NCBI GenBank assembly: GCA_002633005.1
Contig: NMRA01000676.1
Coordinates: 62,001-126,000 of the forward strand
Source: Phoronis australis
Taxonomy: Eukaryota > Animalia > Phoronida
Direction: 5' to 3'
Length of the DNA stretch: 64,000 bases
The notes under the pieces are model-generated. The model made no database searches. It was not told the origin of the DNA and was given only the letters and a program-made list of their open reading frames with translations. The position numbers and the translations under genes were made by a program. This document shows positions 26,506 through 36,569 of this stretch, piece after piece (the first letter of the stretch is position 1; every line of letters starts with the position of its first letter).

Positions 26506-26655
26506 GGAAAGATAGCTTGTGCCAATGTACTGAGTGATCTCTATGCTATGGGCGTGCAGGAGTGCGTTAATATGTTGATGCTGCTAGGTGTCAGTACCAA
26601 GATGACTGATAAAGAACGTGACGCTGTTGTTCCGCTGATGATGCGTGGCTTTAAG
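26506..26655 (+). CDS. SEPHS1: Selenophosphate synthetase exon 3
   Basis: [50 protein letters not shown]|gtgata. Confidence 0.95.
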
Positions 26656-26928
26656 GTGATATTTTGAGTGTCTAATTATAAAATAATGGTAAAATTAAAC
26701 ATTCTATACAAAATCATCCTCCATTTACTAATCATCTGCCATGTGGTCTCTTTTGTTTTAATATCTCCTTGAATATGTCGTAAAGAGTAACTGCTTCACG
26801 AGCCATTTGACACCTTGGGTCAGTTTTTATTTTTCCTTCAAAAATTGTCGTCGCCCCCCCCATGACATTCGAGATCAGGCTATGGTTGGGATACTTTCAT
26901 CAATATGAATCACTAATTCGTTAAACAG

Positions 26929-27041
26929 GACCAAGCTGAAACTGCCAAAACATCAGTGAATGGAGGCCAGACAGTTCTCAATCCATGGTTAACTATTGGA
27001 GGCGTGGCTACTGCCGTGGCTCAGCCCAATGATTTCATCAT
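26929..27041 (+). CDS. SEPHS1: Selenophosphate synthetase exon 4
   Basis: [37 protein letters not shown](I)|gtaagt. Confidence 0.95.
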
Positions 27042-27219
27042 GTAAGTGTACAATAAATATGTTTACTATCAGAATAAAGCAGCGAGTGGGTCAGTCGATC
27101 TGTACTGCATATTCATAATGTCTGGTGAGTCCTAAGTTAGAACTAAGTGTACCCAGGCTTGACTGGCTAAATAAAATGTGTGACCTATTACAGATATTTC
27201 ATTTGCAATCGAACAAAAT

Positions 27220-29430
27220 TACTTTCATGCACCCATATTTAAACGGGCCGTATGTTATGGCTTTGTCTGGACTGCTCTGAGAATGATTTTGAAAATTGAC
27301 ATCTATATTTCTACTGTGAAGAAAATGGCTGATGATGATATTTGGATGACTCGGGAGTGCCGTGGCACCTCCTAGTGGCAGTTTGTTCGTCTATAGCAAG
27401 TGTAATTATAAGAAATTGACAACAACGGATCTGACTACCGCTGTGCCCGCCTAGTGGCAATTTTTTTTATTGTCCTCAATATCTTCGAAACTCCTTGACG
27501 AATTTCTATGAAATTTGATGGTTTCTAAAGAAATAATGACAGGTTCTGTTTTCAGATAGATTCAGCACCGAGCGGCCATTTTTATTGTCATGAAATTTTG
27601 CAATTAAATTTACTATTACGGATATGAAGATGCCTTCTCATTTTTGGGTGAATTTGATGTACTCTGCCATTTTTAATTTTTTGAGTACGTATTTGACGGC
27701 ACCTTCGCCATCCACCAAACTGCTTGAAGGATTATTATTAAAATTTGGAGATGTGTTCGCGATGAGAAGACCAAGGCTGATGTTGATTTTCGATGTGTTA
27801 GAATTCTCTGGCACCCCCTAGTGGCATCTTTATTTTTTTAGCGTCCACGACTGTATCTCTTTTACCCTTTGCAAGATAATGTGAAATTTAGCAGATGTGT
27901 TATCATGGAGATGGCAACAGATGACGGCCAGTTTTAGACCAATCCAACTACAGCTGTGCTCCCTAGTGTCAATTTTGTTTTTACTTTTGCCTCTGTAGTT
28001 TCTTGATGCTTTATCATGAAATTTGGCAAACAGTTTTGAGAGACAGCACCTGCCTACGTTTGGATGCGTTTTTTATGCGCCCACATATTTACATGTGGTC
28101 GCATATTGCCGTCATCTCGGTCTGGGCGTCCGGCGTCTGTGGCTGTATCTTCTAAACCCCTTGCAGGATGGTATTGAAATTTAGCAGTTGTGTTCCAGTG
28201 GGGTCTACGACAGAGGGCGACGAGTTTCGGACTGACCCGAATACCGCTGTGCCCCCTAGTGGCAATTTTAGTTTTTTACGTTTGCCTCTGTATCTTCAAA
28301 GGTCTTCAACCGATTTTCATGAAATTTGGTACATAGGCATCTATTAAGGAGTTGACGCTATCCTCCCATTTTCGGATTGCTTCGATGGATTTTGCGCCAT
28401 CTAGTGGCCATTGTTACTATTTTTGAGTCGTCTTTTGGCGTCCGCCTCTCTAACAACCAAACCACTCTAAGGATGATTGTGAAAATTGGCATGTATGGTC
28501 TTCTATGAAGAATACAGTTGACGATGATTTTCCGATGACTTCGACTACTGTGGCACCTCCTAGTGGTAGTTTTGTTTGTTTTTGCGCCCATGGCTTTATC
28601 TCCTAAATGCTCTACAAGATCTTTATTAAATTTAGCAAATGTATTTATATAAAGTTGACAACAGACGATGACGACTTTCGGACAGATCGGCCTAACGGTG
28701 TGCCATCTAGTGGCAATTTTAGTTTTTACGTTAATTGCTGTATCTTCAAAGGTACTTTACAGATTTCCATAAAATTTGGCACATAGACATCCATTAGTGC
28801 GTTGATGCTAGTCATTCATCTTGGGATTGATTCAAGGTTTTTTACGCCACCTAGTCACCATTGTTGCTGTTTTTGAGTCTGTTTTGTGGCGTTTGTCCCT
28901 CTGTCGACCAAACCACTCTAAGGATGGCTGTGAAAGTTGGCATGTATGTACTTTCTATGAAGGGGACAGTTGCCGATGATTTTCTGATGACTTCGACTAC
29001 TGTGGCGCCTCCTAGTGGCGGTTTTGTTTTTTTTTGCATTCCTATTTGTGTCTCCTAAGTCCTCTGCAGGATTTTTATTAAATTTGGCGAGTGTATTTAT
29101 ATGAAGTTAACAAGAGAAGTTGACAACTTTTAGACTGATCCGATGAACACTGTGCCCCCTAGTGGCAATTTCTTTTTTTTTTGTTTTCCTCTGTTTCTCT
29201 GAAGTTCTTCTACGAATTGTAATTAAAGTTGGTAAGTGGCTTTCTTTTAAAGAAACGATGAAATCTTTTTGGTTTTCAGATGGATTCGATGTATTTTGCA
29301 CCATCTAGTGGCCATTTTAATGACACAAATAAACAACCCTAAAAGCACGCCATTTGCGATGCATTCGTGGGCGCATTTCAATGCTCCGCGTTGCTCTTGT
29401 TGTATTTTGTGCCATCAAGTGGCCATTTTT
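27220..29430. repeat. Composite repeat with ~150-bp degenerate subunits (~452-bp higher-order unit), each carrying a CTCF-like motif
   Basis: ctagt(g)gc-type cores at ~27372, 27451, 27818, 27963, 28256, 28401, 28560, 28707, 28851, 29012, 29159 and 29305. Confidence 0.8.
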
Positions 29431-29571
29431 TTATGATAAACAACCCTAACAGCAACACCGTTTGCAGTGCAGTCGTGTGTACAATTTTATGCTTCACATT
29501 GCTCTTCTCAGCATTAAGCTCTAGTATTGCATTTGAGAAAATTTGGCTTTGTATCTTATTTTGTATGTCAG

Positions 29572-29762
29572 ACCTGATGGTGCCATGACGAGCGATGTTC
29601 TGGTGCTTACCAAGCCCCTTGGCACCCAAGTGGCTGTAAACGCCTATCAATGGTTGGATGTCCCTGAAGTTTGGAACAAAATGCGATTGGTGATCAGTGA
29701 AGAGGAAGTGCGGAAGGCGTACCAGAGAGCTATGTACAGTATGGCTCGATTGAACAATGAGG
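29572..29762 (+). CDS. SEPHS1: Selenophosphate synthetase exon 5
   Basis: [63 protein letters not shown]|gtatgt. Confidence 0.95.
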
Positions 29763-30556
29763 GTATGTTCATGCTATAATTGGTATAATTATCAGGCGGA
29801 GACAACCTCTGCTTTGAAATCTTTCTACCAGATTGTGAAAATATGAACTCCACCTTGCTTCCATGCATCAGTATCCTGATAGGCTTCGCTAAAGTTTTTG
29901 TCTACCGTCACTGTTTTCTGCTGTTCTAGTCGATGGTGGCCTGATTTGCAGAACACATTGTATGCCACTTCCTGAGAAATACAGAAAATCATTTAAAGAT
30001 AAATTTGCGTGATCCTAATTTTACCAATGTTTAACGGACTCTAAACGACAAGTGAATGCTATTTGAACATCATCTACGCTAAACAAAGTGCAGTTGTATT
30101 CGGTAACAACTAGTAAATGTAAAAACAAACAATTCTGCAAATAGGTGACCTTTGAACTAATGACATACGTTGGGGACTCACATAGCCCACCACATACAGT
30201 GTTTATCACCACGTCACAATATTTACTGGACATGGTTGAGTGATTCACGGCAAATGGTTTTTGACACAAAACTCGTTCTTAAAAACATTTGGCAATAAAC
30301 AATGTACTTCATATTCGCATCATCGCTATATGTTGTGTTTTTAACTAATTTGACCGAGCAATCACTGATGAATTAGCGTGCAAGTTCCACTTTAAAAATT
30401 AGCAGATATATTTTTCCCTAAACGCTGCAGCTGATTTTTAACAAGGAGGAATTTTGTCATTTTTTTGAAAACTTCTGTGTGATGGGTAGAATGTTGATTT
30501 TGATTGGTTCCATTTATTTCCGTTCCTACTTTCTCAACACGTCTTTACTGCTCCAG

Positions 30557-30778
30557 CTGCTTGTCTCATGCACAAGTTCAACGCACACTGTGCAACCAAC
30601 GTTACTGGTTTCGGCATCCTTGGCCACGCCACCAACCTGGCCAAAATCCAAAAGAACGAGGTCAGCTTTGTCATACACAACCTGCCAGTGATATCCAAGA
30701 TGGTGGCTGTGGATAAGGCTTTGAAGGCTTTAAAGAAAAACTTTGGATTGATGGAGGGCAACTCTGCTGAGACTTCAG
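30557..30778 (+). CDS. SEPHS1: Selenophosphate synthetase exon 6
   Basis: ctccag|(A)[73 protein letters not shown]|gtgagg. Confidence 0.95.
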
Positions 30779-31702
30779 GTGAGGATGGCCACAGTTTTCA
30801 TTTGTGAGGTTAAGAAGGCATCTACTGCCTCATTAAGGCTTAAACATGCCAGTCATGAGTATGTGATAGAAAGTGGCTGGGCTGGTAACTCTGTCATAAC
30901 TTATACACAATCTTGGAGGGGCTGGCTCATCCTATCAAATTGGATGGTCAGTTCTGGGTTATCCACTGAGTTACTGCAGCTTAGGTGCCCCACACATAAT
31001 AGGAACATGCTTTGTAGCCATGGGGTCTCTTGAAAGTTGAATTGTAGGAGGGGTGATGGAAACTGGGGGGGGGGTGGACGAGGTGTAGCTTGGTGGACTA
31101 TTGTGATAATCAGGGGTGAATGCAGAAATTGTGATGACTCGGAGCATCTGTAATTACTAGGTCCCCCAAATGTGGAGCTAAGGGACCCCAGGATACCTTA
31201 ATCTGGCCCTTTGGATGGCCTTTTGACACTATTTTCTACTTGGCAATACCTTGAATAGTCTGGGAATGAAACTCATTTTCTATCATATGATATGGAAAAG
31301 TTCGAGACATTTTTCGTGTCGTTGAATAAATTGGTTTACAACTTGCATAATAGGTAGACTTGTCGAATAGAGTATAGACATTCTTGTCTTGTGAAGTTCA
31401 TGGGTGTTCTCTAAAGAGGAATATTCTTGTGAATACATTTCTCATACGACGCTATCTGGCAATGACTTAATAAGCATGTCCTGAATACAGCGTGTATAGC
31501 CTAGCGTTTTTACAATGTGGTTCATTAGAAATTACTGTTTTTGTAAGAAAAGAATCATCGTGTGTGAAATAATACTAACAGCTTGTGAGACAGAAACTGT
31601 GTTTAAGCCAAAATGACACTTTTGTGAGAGAGCCTGTGAGGTTGGTGAGGTAGGAAGGCGGACTGGTTGACTTCCCTGAAATGTTCCCTGTGAGATTATG
31701 TT

Positions 31703-32523
31703 NNNNNNNNNNNNNNNNNNNNNNNNNNNNNNNNNNNNNNNNNNNNNNNNNNNNNNNNNNNNNNNNNNNNNNNNNNNNNNNNNNNNNNNNNNNNNNNNNN
31801 NNNNNNNNNNNNNNNNNNNNNNNNNNNNNNNNNNNNNNNNNNNNNNNNNNNNNNNNNNNNNNNNNNNNNNNNNNNNNNNNNNNNNNNNNNNNNNNNNNNN
31901 NNNNNNNNNNNNNNNNNNNNNNNNNNNNNNNNNNNNNNNNNNNNNNNNNNNNNNNNNNNNNNNNNNNNNNNNNNNNNNNNNNNNNNNNNNNNNNNNNNNN
32001 NNNNNNNNNNNNNNNNNNNNNNNNNNNNNNNNNNNNNNNNNNNNNNNNNNNNNNNNNNNNNNNNNNNNNNNNNNNNNNNNNNNNNNNNNNNNNNNNNNNN
32101 NNNNNNNNNNNNNNNNNNNNNNNNNNNNNNNNNNNNNNNNNNNNNNNNNNNNNNNNNNNNNNNNNNNNNNNNNNNNNNNNNNNNNNNNNNNNNNNNNNNN
32201 NNNNNNNNNNNNNNNNNNNNNNNNNNNNNNNNNNNNNNNNNNNNNNNNNNNNNNNNNNNNNNNNNNNNNNNNNNNNNNNNNNNNNNNNNNNNNNNNNNNN
32301 NNNNNNNNNNNNNNNNNNNNNNNNNNNNNNNNNNNNNNNNNNNNNNNNNNNNNNNNNNNNNNNNNNNNNNNNNNNNNNNNNNNNNNNNNNNNNNNNNNNN
32401 NNNNNNNNNNNNNNNNNNNNNNNNNNNNNNNNNNNNNNNNNNNNNNNNNNNNNNNNNNNNNNNNNNNNNNNNNNNNNNNNNNNNNNNNNNNNNNNNNNNN
32501 NNNNNNNNNNNNNNNNNNNNNNN
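31703..32523. other. Assembly gap (N run), probably hiding most of SPS exon 7
   Basis: N run; the expected GGLLICLP... exon is absent elsewhere in the window. Confidence 0.9.
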
Positions 32524-32555
32524 TGGTGGATGTATTGACAGTCATCGAACTTTGA
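32524..32555 (+). CDS. SEPHS1: Probable C-terminal tip of SPS exon 7 emerging from the gap
   Basis: VDVLTVIEL* resembles the family C-terminal IIDKPRIIEV motif. Confidence 0.55.
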
Positions 32556-35299
32556 TACACATTGCAATGATTTAGTACTGTTTGTGTATGTCAGTTTTGT
32601 TTTTCTATGAGAAAGTTTTTGAGAATCGTACCACCAGTCATACCTTTACGCAATCATAACAGGGTTCTGTTTCATGAAAGTGACTCTCACATGTCGCAGG
32701 TATTGAATAGTTTTGACTTGTAGTTATAACTGTTAGTGCACCATATTTTAGAAGTAATTTAGTAAAATTGTCTGAACTGACAATAATTGTTGGTGTATTT
32801 TCAAAGACCCTGTACATTTTTCTGGGGTAATATGGAATTATTTTTGAGATGTAGTTGTATGTAGCACAAGTCACTTCCAATGGAACAGATCCTGTGTCAT
32901 ATGTTCATTTGTTTAAGGATTTATAGTTTGTAGTTGTTGTCATAGTTACTGGCTCTTAATCTGTCATGCAAAGCAGCATTTTCATCAAGAAGAACTCAGT
33001 TACCGAAATGGAATATCGAAATTCCATTTCCAACTTTGGCTTGCGATAAAATCTCAGCGATTTTGGATGAAAGTAAGCGCCAAAACTGTCCTTTTTGCAG
33101 TTTCACGGTTTTTAAGATTGTTTCGATTGGCTTCACTTGTTGACAATATTTACAGCTGGTAGTTGTAGTATGCAACTTGAACATAGCACAATACTAGTTT
33201 AGTGCTACACATTTTTATGGAAAACAAAAAAGTAAAAATGCTCTTGTCTATCATAGCATCCAAAATTTGTGATATTTTACAGTAGTTTTGATATTTTCTG
33301 TTTAACTGTAGTACAAAGTAAACATAAGTTTTGTTGATTTCCTGCTTGAATGCACCGTGATTTACACACACACAGTACATTCGTTGAGTTCACACTTGGT
33401 GACCCTAACATTAAAGCTACAAATTCGAGTTTTGGACTAACTCGCGATTGCAAATTGACTCAGAGAGTCATGGATTATCTGCACATGTGAACAAATCATA
33501 ATGTATTAATACAAAGTTCCCTCTAAACAAATAATGTCAAAAGCCTATATTGGAATTTGAGCTTGAAGTTTGGATTTCTGGTGATGTGTCACATAGCAGG
33601 GGCCTAACACTTGTCATATTGTTGATAGTATTTGGACATTTGTTGGATAGTTTTGTATGGTGTATGGGTCCAGAATATTGTAATAAGTACTCACTGTAAC
33701 ATCTTGTAGTGTGCTACTAGTGACCAAAATAGCTGTCCGTTGATCCATCTCCGTGTACATTCATCTTTTTAACATTCATTTTAGTTTCTTTACTGTAGCA
33801 TTTTGGGCGCATTATTGCCACGTTGTTTTTAAAAGACTTGAAAGTATTAGGTGAGGATAGTTTAATCATAATGTTATAGTTACTATAACAATTCTGCATA
33901 TAAAATTGTAACAACTCCTGCTTCATTCTGTGATGATGCCCAAGACATGTTGCTGAACTGGAATATATTACTGTTGAAAGTTATTTGGTATCGTTTATAA
34001 GTTGTTAACACACCAAGTCTGCTAGCTAAGAAATGGTTTTCATTTTTGCAAGTTCAGATCCCCTGCAGAATATGTTTTATCAAATGAAATGTATCACTTG
34101 ACTGGAAACAGTTGGTAAACTACAGCTCTGTTAGTGTCTATTGGCATTTTTAAAATGTCATTTTGTGGACAGTCGTAAATTCAAAATTAAATATATGCAG
34201 TCTGTTCAAAGAGCATTATTTTACAAAGAGTTTTGAGAAAAGCAGTTTGTTTTAAAACATGTTTTAAGAAGGTTGGGGTAAAAATGAGCCAGAAAGAGTT
34301 TAAGGAAACCACAAACGTTTCTTTGTCAATGTGTACTCTAGGTGGAAGCTCAAAATCGGCTTCCAAGTCTTGGGAAAATTGTGATTTCCTGTAACTACCT
34401 GAATATATGCTCATTACCTTTAAATCTGACCTTTGTGTAAACTTAATTAAAAGTGAATAACAAAAGGGTGTAGAACAACGTCACAGATGTGCTGACCTTT
34501 GTACTTCTGTGATCGTTACTTCCCATGACATGTCAACTGATGGGACTTCAGTGTGCGGCTAGATGCAAATTTAGAATGACCTGAAATGTTATGCTGTTAG
34601 ACAACCTTTCGACTATACAGTAGTATCGGGTTTCCGTTAAGTTTGGTTACATGTCTCTTATTGGAAAATATTTATGAAGTATTTTTTTCCGATATGCTTA
34701 CTGAGCCATGCAGTTCAGATCGTACCCTAAAAGTTTTCCTTTGGATGGCAACAGACGGCTCTCCACAAAAAGCTTTACGATCGCTGACCAATCGCTTTTG
34801 TGGTTATGCAACAGTCAAAATAAACACAGTAATTTATAAAGTTCCAAGCAACGTAGTTGGTGGGTAGGTCCTGCAGCCTCGGGGATGTACTGGCCACGCT
34901 GCCAGTGGGCACGTTTGGGTGTCCTCGCTGGTTGTTTCCTGTCGGGTGTCTTTATCACGAACCAGTCAAATGTCTTAGCCAGTTCAACCGGCGAAGCCAA
35001 TCAAGTAGAGCCATTGAATGCGCTCAGTTGTTCAGTCTTATTTTCCATTTCCACTCTGATCGTTGCGCATTTATCAGCCTATGGAGTGCCCGACATTGCT
35101 CCATCCAGCGCCACACGTAGTTGTTGCGCGAACATAATGCGATATCAATGCTCTACCTAACAGAGTACTCGCATTACCCATCGGAAAACATCCCGTGGTC
35201 TTGTACAGCCAAACTGACTACGGTCACCCTTCCGATTGCCTGGTACTCCACTGTCCGGGACGGTTTCATTCGCCGTCATGTTGCCAGTTTCAACTCCGT

Positions 35300-36569
35300 T
35301 TACTTTTGTTTTGTGCTATTTCTTTTAGGAACTCCGTTTACAACGTTGGTTGCAACGATGCCCAGACGCAATGCGATTTCCTTAAGCGAAAAACCTGGCT
35401 CAAATTTGTCGCGAGGTTTTTGAGATTTGCGACTGCTATTTTTCTGCGCACCTCCCTTCCTCGGAGAAGCCGTTGTGTGAACATAATGTTCAGGTTTTTC
35501 GTTGCCTCGTGCGTTAAAATCTTGGTCGTCAAGGGCCGCACCAGAGTTTGTCACGGTTGTCATCATTTCGTTTTCACCGTTCGTCATTCCCCTTTCACCA
35601 CTTGAAACAGTTTTGTTCTCTGTTTTGGTAGAATTCCTAATCAATTTTCCAGTTTGTGCGTTATTAATGGAATACGCGTCCGATCCATTTGATTGCCCGC
35701 CCGCTTTTGAAATCTCACTTTTGTTAGCTACATTATTGCCCCCATTATGAGGTGTCACTAAGATCGTTGTGGTTTCAGGCGTTCTTGCCGTAGTTCGGGT
35801 TCGTATTTTTTCCGCCTGGCTTTCGTCTACTTCCGTCGACCTTATTGGTCTATTCGTCGTTTGGATGTTTTGTTTCTGCTGTTTCTCGTCTGGCATACCT
35901 GTCCCACGTTTCAAAGCTGTAACGAAATAAAATAATAACCTGTCATTTATACGCACCGGGATTTTCCGCGTACTGAGATGAGCCCACCCGATGAAACGCC
36001 CTTGGGCGTTTATTCCAAAAATTATGCCGAATAAACGCCCATGGTGTCAAGTGTCCAGATAGTGGGGCGTTTATTCGGAAAATGTCTTCTTAAAAGCCCA
36101 CTCAGCGTGAACTTTTAGCCTCCAATTCAGTTTTGTGGAACATTTATCATTTATAAAAACGAACAAAGTGTTGGCGAACTAAGTATTCATTAATTAAAAA
36201 TAAAAACAGTTTTATGCAAAAAAATCGCTGATATTTTCATATTAGCCGGGGCTGTGACTTTCCGTTTACACGCTCCCCTTCATTTTCCGAATACACGCCC
36301 ATGGGCTTATCTACGGAAAACCCCGGTAGTGTGGGATATGAATGTATATCTATGTCATGAACAAGACCATTTAAAGCCTTCAGATTTTGTAGTTTTAACA
36401 TGCCGAAACGATTGCGCGAAGCGTCCGTTCCAGGATCTATAAATGCATATTGAACAGTGTACACAAGCTTACCTGACTTGCAATCAATGCTTGCCATCAC
36501 AAGTAGAGTGAAACAAAGTAAAGTCGCTGCAATCATTCTTGTTCCAATCTTGTTGCTGAAATGTGTCAT
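35300..36569 (-). CDS. Putative secreted low-complexity protein (exons 36569-36473 and 35916-35300, possibly extending to 35157)
   Basis: Signal-peptide-like MIAATLLCFTLLVMASIDC followed by cag|gtaagc. The phase-compatible acceptor ttcgttacag leads into a Thr/Asn/Ser/Lys-rich 200-aa ORF. Confidence 0.6.
35956..36326. mobile_element. Tc1/mariner-type MITE-like element in the intron
   Basis: Termini ccgggattttccg...cggaaaaccccgg(ta) with internal inverted gggcgtttatt/aataaacgccc subrepeats. Confidence 0.55.

Noticed and set aside
31532-32567. 285-342 aa ORFs in the ORF track
   Set aside because: They consist of N-gap translation; only the VDVLTVIEL tip is informative.
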